Source: Bacillota bacterium (lineage in GTDB: Bacteria; Bacillota; JAAYKD01). Taken from it: a DNA stretch of 64,000 bases. Every line of letters starts with the position of its first letter. The first letter of the stretch is position 1. Below, in pieces: positions 9,484 to 19,619 of this stretch. The notes beneath the pieces are model-generated. The model was given only the letters and a program-made list of their open reading frames with translations, searched no databases and had not been told where the DNA came from. The position numbers and the translations under genes were made by a program. Where the stretch lies: NCBI GenBank assembly GCA_963666425.2, contig OY762825.2, positions 2,016,001-2,080,000 of the forward strand, read 5' to 3'.

Positions 9484-9649
9484 CTAACGAACTCGCCAAT
9501 ATGAACCTTTTTATTCAGTTGAGTGTTGCTGCCAAGTAGCTTTGGCCGCAAACTGACAGGAACTTTTGGCCTCACTTTGACAGCAATCGTGACCGCTTGA
9601 GGGTAAGCAGGTTGGCGGTGCCAACCTGCTTCGCAAAATCCAAAAGGAC

Positions 9650-10121
9650 TTAACTCATTTCACCTTCAATCACCAGACGAACCATATGGTCATCAATAAT
9701 CCGGTGTTTACCAGTTGCACCATACAGCAAACAATTGGTGCAGAGCTTGTTAATCAGGCGCGGGATACCGGTAGAATAAAGATAGATCTCCTGGACCGCC
9801 GCATCGGTAAAGAGATCCCGCTCCACTCCAGCACAGCGTAACTGGCTATGGATAAACGCGGCTGTTTCGGCTTTATCCAATGGCTGTAAGCGGCATAGAA
9901 TATCAATGCGCTGCCGGATGGCCGCAAAGGCTTTCAGCTCCAGCCGGTTCCATAATTCACTTTGACCTACCAAAATCAGAGCGAATAGCGAACAGCTGAT
10001 GCTCCGCCGCGTAGCGCAAGCGCCCCAGGGTTTCTTCCAGCATGCCGCTGGGGTAGAGTGACTGAGTCGTAATTTCTCGGGAAAACGGCGTTCTTTCGCA
10101 TTGGTAGAAGCTTTCATACAT
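9650..10121 (-). pseudogene. ExeA-like AAA ATPase (transposition helper), internally deleted and frameshifted
   Basis: Start MYESFYQCERTPFSREI at 10121 joins out of frame to FALILVGQSELW...GIPRLINKLC; Walker A/B region missing. Confidence 0.8.
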
Positions 10122-10596
10122 GGCGGTCTTCTCCTAAATCACGAAAGGAAATGGCAGTCTTTTGTTGCTTTTCCCGTATTTGGTTTTTCAGCTTCGCCGC
10201 TGTCAGATACCGAGATTGAGCAGGCTGCTCCACTTTACCCGCAGGTAAGACAGGTCGGATAGCGGACCTTGAACCTATTTGTAACGGTTTAGCGGTAAAA
10301 CGCGGCAGGCCGTCGGCTTCTACCCAGAGCAGATCCGGGGTTTGGCTGTCGTAGAGTAGTGTGACTTTACGACCAACCAAGAGTAAGCCATACTCCAACT
10401 CGTATTTTTTACCGTTGAAGCTAATACAACCGGCTTTGTCTACTTTGCGTTGTTCTACCCGTAGAAAGGCTTCTGCCAAGCTTTCGCTGGCAATAAAGCG
10501 TAAGGGTTCGCTGTCTTGCCGGAAGGCCAAAGCCGGCGAAGTCTTACCTCCTAAACCACGGTGCGGCCGATTTTGGTAGCATTCCGCTAACCAAAC
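10114..10596 (-). pseudogene. C-terminal fragment of a Mu/IS481-like DDE transposase
   Basis: YQNRPHRGL...RKVDKAGCISFNGKKYE; overlaps the ExeA start; N-terminal part absent. Confidence 0.75.
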
Positions 10597-10714
10597 CAGT
10601 CTATTTCTATCTCGTAACCGGGTTTGTGTTCAAGGTGCATTGTAGCCTTATTACGCTGCACATATTCGTAATAATGATGCCTAAACTGGGTATAGCCGTA
10701 TGGAATTTGTGTTT
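10597..10714 (-). pseudogene. istA: Internal fragment of an IS21-family (IS408-like) istA
   Basis: Minus strand reads QIPYGYTQFRHHYYEYVQRNKATMHLEHKP-frameshift-GYEIEIDW. Confidence 0.65.
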
Positions 10715-10793
10715 TGTCAAGAAGAAATCCCTGAAATTATCAAGGTAAATTCCCGGAAATAATCACGAGCAATCCCGAGAAAAATCATCGAGG

Positions 10794-11552
10794 TTATTTA
10801 ACAGATTGACGCATCAAAGCATGAGTCATCCGGTAGCTTTGGCCCTCAAAAATCAGAAGGTGACCATGGTGAACCAAACGGTCAATCATGGCAGCAGCCA
10901 TTTGCTCATCCGTGAAAATACCACCCCATTTGGAAAATTCGAGGTTCGTTGTGAGGATCAAGCTTTTACTCTCGTAGCTGTCAGCAACTACCCGAAAGAG
11001 CAATTGAGAACCTTCCTTATCAACCGGAATATAGCCCCATTCATCGAGAATCAGAAGATCCAGATTTATCAAATCACGCACCAAACGTTCCAGCGTGCCG
11101 GATCTGTGTGCCTCTCCCAGTTTTAAAACAAGTTCTGTCACTGTGAAGAAACGCACATTCATCCCCATCTCGCAGGCTTTGACACCCAAAGCAATGGCCA
11201 AGTGCGTTTTACCGATTCCTACCGGACCATAAAGAATCAAGTTTTTCTTTTCCGCAATAAAGCGGCAGCTTAGAAGTTCTTCTTTTGTTAGGGATGGCGG
11301 GAGGCGCATTACATTGAATTCATAATCGGCGAAACTTTTCAGGACTGGAAAGCAAGCTCGATTCAACTGTCTGGTTCGTCGGTTCCTTTCTCGCTTCAAA
11401 ATCTCCTCTTCAAGCACGTAAGCGAGGAACTCCTCTTGTTTTGGTGTTGCTTTTTGCTCACACAATTCCACCATTCGCTGCGAAAGAATCAGCTTTTTAC
11501 AACTAGCTGAAATGGAGTCGCGAGCCGCGCTGCGCGCCTTCGTGTTAAGCAT
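10794..11552 (-). CDS. istB: IS21 helper ATPase IstB
   Basis: GPVGIGKT Walker A, LILDEWGY, TTNLEFSKW, DRLVHH. Confidence 0.93.
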   Translation of the reverse strand: MLNTKARSAARDSISASCKKLILSQRMVELCEQKATPKQEEFLAYVLEEEILKRERNRRTRQLNRACFPVLKSFADYEFNVMRLPPSLTKEELLSCRFIAEKKNLILYGPVGIGKTHLAIALGVKACEMGMNVRFFTVTELVLKLGEAHRSGTLERLVRDLINLDLLILDEWGYIPVDKEGSQLLFRVVADSYESKSLILTTNLEFSKWGGIFTDEQMAAAMIDRLVHHGHLLIFEGQSYRMTHALMRQSVK

Positions 11553-12277
11553 CGCGTTCACCCACCTGCAGAAGCTGGTCATAGGCAGTCAGATCGGGTC
11601 CTTTTTCCGGAGCGGTATGCAAGCCATAATTCATCATACGGGCAGCTAAGACAGCAGCATCGCAGAAATGGTGCCGATTCGTGCGAAATCCCTCCTCCAA
11701 AGCTTTTACTGCCGTATCAAAAGAATAAACCTTGCTCAATTCAGACAGGGTGCGCACCGTTTGCTTGAGATCTTCCCGGCAAAGAACATCCATATTGTCC
11801 CGCAAAGCAACCGGAATCATTTCACGCACACTGCTATTTTTCCAGGCGCCGACGTTCCTGGTCAAGGTTGCTAAGGTGGTGCGATAATCCAGGCTGTCCG
11901 TCCGTTCTTCACCAAATTTGCGGCTGTGGATGACAATCATCTCACCACGCTCGGCATAAATCTCTATGGTATGCGCTTTCACCCCGACCAAAAACTCGGT
12001 TCCACCGAATTCAGGGCAGGTAGAGTAGTAATGGCGGTCGTCCACTCTTACTTTGCCGTAACTGTCGGCATTGACGTAAATGAAACGGCAGACATTGGAC
12101 GGGTGTACCGGAAGTGATTTGAGCGCTTTGAGATCTTCTTCGAATAATTCATGAATGTATATGCTAATCTAAATGTTGACCAGTTTAGCACCGAATGCTA
12201 AACGAAAAGTTGACCACCTTGAGCCCCTTTCCTGTTATGATGTATTTGCGAGAAACATCAAGCAGGAGGAAAGGAAA

Positions 12278-13747
12278 ATGTACAAGATGGTCGATAAAGA
12301 GTATATCAGAAAACTGTATTACATGGAAGACTGGCCCATCAGGAAAATCAGTCGTCAGCTTCAGATATCACGTCAAGCCATCCGAAAAATGATAGAGGAT
12401 ACGGAAAAGCCAAAGTATGAAATTAAGAAAGAGCGGCCGGCACCGGTCATGGATCAGTATTTGGAAATATTGCGGCAATGGATTGAAGAAGACGAGAAAG
12501 CTCCGAAAAAACAAAGGCATACTGCGATACGAATGTATGAACGCTTAAGGGATGAACATAATTTTACCGGTGGCAGTTCAACCGTGAGACAGAGCGTTGC
12601 CAAATTGAAAAACAAAGTACCGGAAGTATTTATACCTTTAACGGCAGCACCGGGTGAACAGGTTCAGGTAGACTTCGGGCATGCACAAGTGGTGCTGGCC
12701 GGTCATGAACAGAAAGTAAATATCTTTTGCATGCGTTTGAAGCACAGTTCGGTACCCTTTGTTGTAGCTTTTCCAACAGAACGGCTGGAAGCCTTTTTGG
12801 AAGGACACGTTCAAGGTTTTGCTTACTTCGGTGGTGTGCCAAGAGAAGGTCTCTACGATAATGCGAAGACGCAGGTCGTGAAGATCTTAGAGGGGCCTTA
12901 CCGCCAAGAACACGAGGATTTCTCAAGTTTACGCTCTCACTATTTGTTTAACAGTCTTTTTTGCCGACCGAGAAAAGGTAATGAGAAAGGAGCGGTAGAG
13001 GGTCTGGTGAAGCAAGTACGCAGCCAAGCAATGGTTCCCGTGCCGGAATGCGAAAATTTGGAAGAACTTAACGCTTTATTACTGAATTGGTGTAAGAAAG
13101 AAAAATCAAGAAACCAAGAAAAGTGGTTAGCTGAACAGGCGCAATTACGTCCTTTGCCAGTAGAACCATACTCGGCAGCAAAAATAGTGGCTGCGAAGGT
13201 GAGTTCTTACTCACTGGTGACCATTGACCGAAACCGTTACTCCGTTCCCACAGAGTTTGTAGGAGAAAACTTATTTGTTAAAGCTTATGTGAATCGCATA
13301 GAAGTTCTGCACCGTAACCATGTTATTGCGACTCACAATCGCTGCTACGGTAGGAACCATACTTCTTTACAATTAGAGCATTATCTCAATGCCTTAGAGA
13401 AAAAACCACACGCGGTAACACATGCTACGGTGGTTCGCCAATTGCCTTTACCTTTTCAGCAGGTCAAAGAGAACATGGAGCAAGCGCACGGAACCGGCTA
13501 CAAAGATTTTTTACGAGTTCTTTTGTTAACACACGAGTATCCGTTGAATGAAATAGGTGCTGCGATTACCGACCTTGGGGCTTCTCGAGCCTGCGAAGAG
13601 ACCCTGAGACACTATTTACAAAGTAAACGAAACCCATTAGAAGAACAGCGAGACCCACAAAGACAACTCCTCACCAATGGGATTCCCCTGATCACCATAC
13701 AAGATACTCAACGCTATGATTTGTTGTTGCAGGGGGTGAGAGCATGA
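12278..13747 (+). CDS. istA: IS21 transposase IstA
   Basis: HTH, QVDFG, YDNAK, NEKGAVE DDE motifs; AGGAGG RBS. Confidence 0.95.
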   Translation: MYKMVDKEYIRKLYYMEDWPIRKISRQLQISRQAIRKMIEDTEKPKYEIKKERPAPVMDQYLEILRQWIEEDEKAPKKQRHTAIRMYERLRDEHNFTGGSSTVRQSVAKLKNKVPEVFIPLTAAPGEQVQVDFGHAQVVLAGHEQKVNIFCMRLKHSSVPFVVAFPTERLEAFLEGHVQGFAYFGGVPREGLYDNAKTQVVKILEGPYRQEHEDFSSLRSHYLFNSLFCRPRKGNEKGAVEGLVKQVRSQAMVPVPECENLEELNALLLNWCKKEKSRNQEKWLAEQAQLRPLPVEPYSAAKIVAAKVSSYSLVTIDRNRYSVPTEFVGENLFVKAYVNRIEVLHRNHVIATHNRCYGRNHTSLQLEHYLNALEKKPHAVTHATVVRQLPLPFQQVKENMEQAHGTGYKDFLRVLLLTHEYPLNEIGAAITDLGASRACEETLRHYLQSKRNPLEEQRDPQRQLLTNGIPLITIQDTQRYDLLLQGVRA

Positions 13748-14508
13748 GTCTTGATATAACCGAGGCTCAAATTGAGCTCTCTTGTAAACTTCTTCGCTTA
13801 CCAGGCTTGAAACAACAGTTTCGCGCTCTGGTTCGCGAAGCAAACGAAAGGAACCTGAATTGTAGTCAATTCTTGAAACTGTGCTTAGAACAAGAAATTC
13901 ACGATCGCCAGGTAAAGAAACAGCAAATTCTGCTTCGTCAGGCTAAATTCCCGGCAAAGAAGACCTTGGCGGATTTCGATTTTACGAAAATCCCGCAACT
14001 GCCAAAGAACAAAATATTAAAGCTTGCCGATTCCGAATATGTTAAGCGTAAAGAAAATATTATTTGTATTGGCAGAGCTGGAACGGGAAAAAGTCATATT
14101 AGCATTGCCTTGGGAATGGAAGCTTTACAAAAGGGTTTTCGAGTTCGGTTCATTTCAGTGATGCAGCTTTTGCAGGAAATTCAATTGGCTGAAGCGGAAT
14201 TCCGCTTACCCCGCTACTTAAAAGCATGGAACCGAGTCGATCTTGTTATTCTTGATGAACTTGGTTATCTCCCACTTGGGGAACAGGGTAAACTACTATT
14301 TCATTTTATCTCTCAACGTTACGAAACAGGAAGCTTGATAATAACCTCTAACTTAGAGTTTTCCCGCTGGGTTGAAGTCTTGCATGACCCAGCATTAACT
14401 TCTGCCTTGCTAGACAGACTGACTCACCATTCTAATATTATTCTTTTCGATGGAGAATCGTATCGCTTTCGCGAAAGCCTGGCTCGCCAGGCGGTGGATT
14501 TGAATTAG
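13744..14508 (+). CDS. istB: IS21 helper ATPase IstB
   Basis: GRAGTGKS, ILDELGY, TSNLEFSRW, LDRLTHH. Confidence 0.95.
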   Translation: MSLDITEAQIELSCKLLRLPGLKQQFRALVREANERNLNCSQFLKLCLEQEIHDRQVKKQQILLRQAKFPAKKTLADFDFTKIPQLPKNKILKLADSEYVKRKENIICIGRAGTGKSHISIALGMEALQKGFRVRFISVMQLLQEIQLAEAEFRLPRYLKAWNRVDLVILDELGYLPLGEQGKLLFHFISQRYETGSLIITSNLEFSRWVEVLHDPALTSALLDRLTHHSNIILFDGESYRFRESLARQAVDLN

Positions 14509-15610
14509 TTTTCACTAAGTTTTTATCTTATTTTTTTACGCCAAGGTGGTCAACTTTTCGAATAGCAAGGTGGTCAACTTTTCGATTGACAAATACACAT
14601 GAATCGGGCGCAGCTTTTTGTAATGGATCTCTTCTGCCTTGATTCGGTGCATTTCCAGCAACTCTTGGTTGTAACTTTCTATGCTGTCGTATGAGGGAAT
14701 CGGCACAAAGAGATTATGCCGGGTATAACATACCTTGTTCTCTACGTGGCCTTTTTCATGTCCGGCACTTTAGATTACAGAACCTTGCAATGAAACCGTA
14801 GTGTGCCCGCATTTGCTGAAAAAGCTGCGCCTCACGAATTTCATCCCCCATACGCCGTCCGATTCCCGTTGCGTTGTCAAAGACCAATACACTGGGAACG
14901 CCGCCAATATAAGCAAAAATATCCTTTAATCCTTGGCAGACGCACTCACTTGTTTCCCCGCCAAATACTTGGCTGAAACCATTATTGCTGTAAGGGAACG
15001 AAACTGTCAGATATTTTTTCCGAATCAACTCGCCCTTTTCGTAAAAATCCGATTCGCCAAAATCAACTTGTGCTTCTCCGGCATGCCAAACGAGTTCCTG
15101 AAAGGTTTGTTTCTTCTGTATGCTTGCTTTATATGACTTAACGTAACGTTGCACGGTTGGATAGGATAAATCGAATTCCGGATGTTCTTTCTTCAGACGG
15201 TCGTAAATTCTCTGTGCCGTATGGCGTTGTTTATACCAAACATTCGCATCTGCATCGATCCATTCACATATCTGTGCTTTATATGGATCCAGGCGCGATT
15301 CGCGCTCTTCATGCGAAGGTACTTGCGGTGAAAAATCTTCCTTGTTCAGATATTTTCGCACCGTTTTCTCATCTAGCGTCAGCTCTCGGGCAATCTGTGC
15401 GATTTTATTCCCGGCCGCGTAGCTTTCTTTGATTTCATTGATTTGAGACATATTCAGCATGACTCCCTTCCTCCTCAACCGCTTCTTTACGATTAAGGAT
15501 ATGGTTTTTAAGACAGTAGTCAACCATCTTTTCGTCATGATTTTTCCCGGGAATTCCTGATGATAATAACCGGACTTCCTGATAATTTTTTCCGGTATTT
15601 TTAGTTTACA

Positions 15611-16117
15611 TTAAACAGGAATTTCTGCTGTATGCCGACAGTCATTGCAGTATTCATCTCAAAGCAGAGAGAAGGTAACGCCTCGCTGACCCAGATCTTT
15701 ATGCATTTTCTCGTAATCCGGCACCCGCCGGTTTTGGTCCTTAGCAGCCTTTTCCGGATAGAGCAGAGCTTCCAGTTCGGTGTCACTCATTTCGTTTGGC
15801 TGCGGCCAAACCATGGTCTTCTCGCTGGCACGCTTGAGCACGTCAGCTACTGTGTTTCGCGAGTATCCGAGGTTTGCTCCAATACTCGTGCGGCTCAAGC
15901 CTATGCTGTTAAGCCGTAAGATTTCGCGGTAATTGGTCATTCTTTGACCTCATTCATGTTTTCACACTGATTGTGTGTAACATGATTTTACCACGATTGA
16001 GAGACTGCACTGAGTTCCGTTTTAGCTGCACTCGTTTTCCGTCGCTGCTGCACTCGTTTTCCGTCGCTGCTGCACTAACTTTCCGATCCAACTGCACGGT
16101 TTCAGCCGATGTAATCA
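15611..16117 (-). mobile_element. Left end and truncated istA of IS21 (IS408-like) element A
   Basis: MTNYREILRL...LL*DEYC (in-frame TGA where W is expected); end TGATTACATCGGCTGAAACCGTGC followed by cggaaa..agtgcag repeats. Confidence 0.8.
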
Positions 16118-16554
16118 GAATAACTACTTTAGACCCTGTCTATATGTCACGAATAATATCGCAATTCACCGCAATTGACAGCAGATTTAATAGTGATAAC
16201 TTCACAGAAAATTATACACTAGCTATAGATTATGAAAAAGCTAAATATTTGTGCGAAAGATTCAATCTTACTATTCTAGACGATTTGTGTAATGAAAATT
16301 TTCCCTGCAAAACGGTACCGCCACATTGAAATATGCAACCAAAATGATCTCTGAAAACACTCGATTCTAAATAGTCTTCTCTTCGTTCTGCTTTCTTTGA
16401 CTTCATCACAGAAGGTTCATCATCTTCACACTCTTATTTTGTCGGGTTTTTCTAGACCATTATAATTGGTTGTCCAGGATTTTGACCGCCCCCTCGGTAG
16501 TATCGTATACCGAATATATTTGTCAACCGAAATATTCATAAAGGAGGGGCTAGC

Positions 16555-17043
16555 GTGTTTTATAAAGGCTTTAATAGTAAACTTCAAGGTTACGGAGATT
16601 ATCAATTTGAAATAGGTAAAACTCACTCATCAATTACTAAAGATAACTTTGTATGGTTTCATTATGCAGAATATCTAAGTGCGACATTGGTACATTTTGA
16701 AGCAGACATACGTATTTGCTTGGTTACTCCACTTGGAGAAACGCGATATTTTAAGGGGGGATTGGATGGGGTAGGAAAAGGTTACTACACAACAAACAAA
16801 ATTCTGATTGACAGGGAATTAACGAGACGAGAAATCTTCGAAATTTTTGGGAATGAGGAATTCTCTTTCTATTTACTTCTTAAATTGAATCCCCCGTTTG
16901 AAGTGTTAGTTAAATATAAAATGAAAATATTTAAATACTCAGATAGCGTTCTACAAATGAAACACCTAACCAAGGAGCAGAAGCTATTCTTACTTCCTAA
17001 GGTTTGTCATAAATATATCGATTTGTATCCAGCTGCTTTCTAA
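16555..17043 (+). CDS. Hypothetical protein with phage-type N-terminal motif (DUF7666-like)
   Basis: YKGFNSKLQGYGDYQFEIGKTH resembles the YKGF..L.C.GFQYE.GK motif; GGAGG RBS. Confidence 0.55.
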   Translation: MFYKGFNSKLQGYGDYQFEIGKTHSSITKDNFVWFHYAEYLSATLVHFEADIRICLVTPLGETRYFKGGLDGVGKGYYTTNKILIDRELTRREIFEIFGNEEFSFYLLLKLNPPFEVLVKYKMKIFKYSDSVLQMKHLTKEQKLFLLPKVCHKYIDLYPAAF

Positions 17044-17067
17044 CTGATTGTTAACCTTTCTGATGCA

Positions 17068-17282
17068 TCAAAGGCGACTTACTAACATGTTACATGAAAG
17101 AGTTTTTGAACCCTGTGAATTTCTTAGTAAAGTTAGTATAAAGAGATGGGTTACCTTGGGCAATTTCCTCGAGGTTACGACTGAACCGATATTGGCGAAG
17201 TGAGATTGCAGTCCAGCTTCGGGTATCTTGTAAGCAACCAAGTCCCGATGCAACAGATGACGTTGGAGTAAGGCCGAATAGT
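17068..17282 (+). mobile_element. Group II intron (IIA-like) domain I remnant
   Basis: gatgggttacct...ggttacgactga resembles the Ll.LtrB domain I segment GATGAGTTACCT...GGTACGACTGA (from recall); no intron ORF. Confidence 0.45.
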
Positions 17283-17450
17283 CGATATAGTTTTCAAACT
17301 TTTTTACGATACTTATATCTTTTAATCATTTCTTTTTTACCGCCTACAAGATGGTGTGCATGAAATAATTATTAAATTACAAAAAATGCGCCAGGGCAGG
17401 CAAAGCCAACGTGGAAGATAAACTTCAATTGCATATGAAAGGGAAAAGCA

Positions 17451-19052
17451 ATGAAAAGAGTTTTGAGTGTTTTGTTAATAATTCTGCTTCTGTTCTCAGT
17501 AACAATAGGGAGCGCCCTTGCATCAAATCCAGCTATTCCGACTTCGGCTTCTGTACTGGTAAACGGACAATCCGTCACTTTCGAAGCTTACAACATTACC
17601 GATAACAACTACTTCAAACTGCGTGATTTAGCACAAGCTCTAAAGGGCTCAGATAAACAGTTTGAGGTTGGTTGGGATGTATCTCTAAACGCAATCAATT
17701 TGACTACAGGCCAGTCATATACTACCGTTGGTGGTGAGTTGACTTCTTCTGGTAGCATTGGAGCGCAATCAGCAGTATTGTCTTCATCGCCAGTATATAT
17801 CAACGGGACTAAAGTTTCCTTAACTGCTTATAATATCGCCGGTTATAATTATTTCAAATTACGGGATATAGCAAATGCAATCAAATTCGGCGTTGGCTGG
17901 GATGGAATAACAAGTACAATTACTATTGATACCACTGTCGGGTATACAGACACATCTGATTTAACTGTACATTTCCTTGATGTTGGGCAAGGTGATTCCG
18001 AATTCATTATCCTACCGGATGGCAAGACTATGCTGATAGATGCCGGTGAAAGTGAATATGGCGATACTATCGTCAATTACATCAAAAATCTAGGCTATAG
18101 CAAAATTGACTATCTAGTAGCTACCCATCCCCATACTGACCATATTGGTGGTATGACGATGATAATTCAGAATTTCAAGATGGGTTCAATTTATATGCCA
18201 TACGCCACAACGACAACAGAGACATATGCGGATCTACTGATGGTAATAAAAAACGCTGGTCTTACGATATCAACTGCAAAAGCAGGAGTTACTATGTTCA
18301 ACTCCAACGGAGTAACGGCGAATATCATAGCACCTGTGGGAACTGAATATGATGATTTAAACAATTATTCAGCTGTCATCAAGCTCATATACAACAACAA
18401 TTCTATTCTGTTTATGGGTGACGCCGAAGAATTATCCGAGAATGAGATAACAGCTAATGTGGAAGCTGACATTTTAAAGGTAGGTCATCATGGCAGTGAT
18501 TCATCCACAGGGCAAACTTTCCTAAATAAAATTGCTCCAAAGTATGCAGTGATTTCTGTTGGAGCAGATAATGATTATGGGCATCCGGCTCAGACTACAT
18601 TAGATAAACTGAGCAAAGTTGGAGCAGCAATATACAGGACAGACAAAGATGGAACGATTATTTTCACACTTGATGGAACGAATATCACGGTCAATAAGAT
18701 ACCTTCAACAGAGAGTTCAAATACAGATCCAAGTGCAGGATCAGGCAACGGAACACTGGCAACAAATGTTGTAATTAGTAGCGTAGATAAAGTTGTGGAA
18801 CTCGTGACCATTGAGAATAACGGTATGAGTGATGTCAATCTAGCTGGCTGGGTGTTGATTTCTGTGACAGGTAATCAGAGATTTACATTCCCGTCTTATA
18901 TTCTTAAGGCGGGTGAAAAAATAACAGTTGCAAGCGGTGGGGCTTATGGAGATTTAGTTTGGTCAACAAGCAATACCTGGAACAATTCAAGCAGTGATCC
19001 TGCACAATTGTATGATTCAAATGGCACTTTGATTTCTACCCATTCAGATTAG
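17451..19052 (+). CDS. Secreted ComEC/Rec2-type MBL-fold nuclease with N-terminal stalk repeats and lamin-tail domain
   Basis: Signal peptide; two YNI..YFKLRD repeats; LDVGQGD, THPHTDHIGG, KVGHHGS, YGHP; C-terminal LTD (ELVTIEN..VNLAGW). Confidence 0.9.
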   Translation: MKRVLSVLLIILLLFSVTIGSALASNPAIPTSASVLVNGQSVTFEAYNITDNNYFKLRDLAQALKGSDKQFEVGWDVSLNAINLTTGQSYTTVGGELTSSGSIGAQSAVLSSSPVYINGTKVSLTAYNIAGYNYFKLRDIANAIKFGVGWDGITSTITIDTTVGYTDTSDLTVHFLDVGQGDSEFIILPDGKTMLIDAGESEYGDTIVNYIKNLGYSKIDYLVATHPHTDHIGGMTMIIQNFKMGSIYMPYATTTTETYADLLMVIKNAGLTISTAKAGVTMFNSNGVTANIIAPVGTEYDDLNNYSAVIKLIYNNNSILFMGDAEELSENEITANVEADILKVGHHGSDSSTGQTFLNKIAPKYAVISVGADNDYGHPAQTTLDKLSKVGAAIYRTDKDGTIIFTLDGTNITVNKIPSTESSNTDPSAGSGNGTLATNVVISSVDKVVELVTIENNGMSDVNLAGWVLISVTGNQRFTFPSYILKAGEKITVASGGAYGDLVWSTSNTWNNSSSDPAQLYDSNGTLISTHSD

Positions 19053-19065
19053 AGGTGACTTAATC

Positions 19066-19266
19066 ATGAAAATTATCATTGAACGTTTTGAAGGTGATTT
19101 TGCTGTAGTTGAACTTGAAGACAGAACCTTTGCAAATATACCCAAGAAACTAATTCCCTTTGGGGCATCAGAAGGCACAGTATTAATCATAAATATTGAT
19201 CATGAAGAAACAGAAAAGTTAAAAGCGGAAATATCAAGACTCGCGAAAGAGCTTTTCAAAAAATAA
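19066..19266 (+). CDS. DUF3006 family protein
   Basis: IERFEGDFAVVE...EGTVL motif; usual partner downstream of ComEC-like MBL genes. Confidence 0.85.
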   Translation: MKIIIERFEGDFAVVELEDRTFANIPKKLIPFGASEGTVLIINIDHEETEKLKAEISRLAKELFKK

Positions 19267-19619
19267 TAATAAGGATAACATGTGCCATCAGAAGGTACTC
19301 TGTGTATCGTCAGGATTTGGTTAATGCCGATTGAATATTCCGGTGTGACAGAGTCCACCAGTCCAGCGCAATAGAGTCGTTTCAAGAAAACCTTATTTTT
19401 GTCTCATCATAGTGCAGGCGAGACAAAGAAATAGCATAGAGCCAACGGAAAAACAGTGTAGTGCAACGGAGTTTGGATGCCAGTCCATACTTGCAAAATT
19501 TCATTTGATGGATCGGGTTTTCATTGATTTTTACACTAATTTTGAGAATCTTTGAAACCACGCCAAAGAATATTTTTTGAGAAATAGTGAAATATTGAAG
19601 AGAGCGAAGGAGATTCGAC

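Larger units (their letters stand above)
12156..14597 (+). mobile_element. Intact IS21-family element C with 6-bp target duplication CATGAA
   Basis: Ends TGTAT...ATACA, repeated aaagttgaccacctt motifs, CATGAA at 12150-12155 and 14598-14603. Confidence 0.95.
11545..15460 (-). pseudogene. istA: IS21 transposase IstA, split by an IS21 insertion and frameshifted near 14770
   Basis: N-part MLNMSQINEIK...QVDFG...FDNA (15460-14598) and C-part (12155-11545); the GHEKGHVE motif lies in a shifted frame. Confidence 0.87.
10715..15610 (-). mobile_element. IS21-family element B, interrupted by IS21 element C
   Basis: TGT...ACA ends with multiple internal repeats; istA/istB pair. Confidence 0.85.

Noticed and set aside
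15973-16329. 118-aa ORF
   Set aside because: First half translates IS21 terminal repeats; at most a truncated gene tail
19390-19530. Possible IS5 transposase relic (SPYLQNFI)
   Set aside because: Too short and degenerate to support
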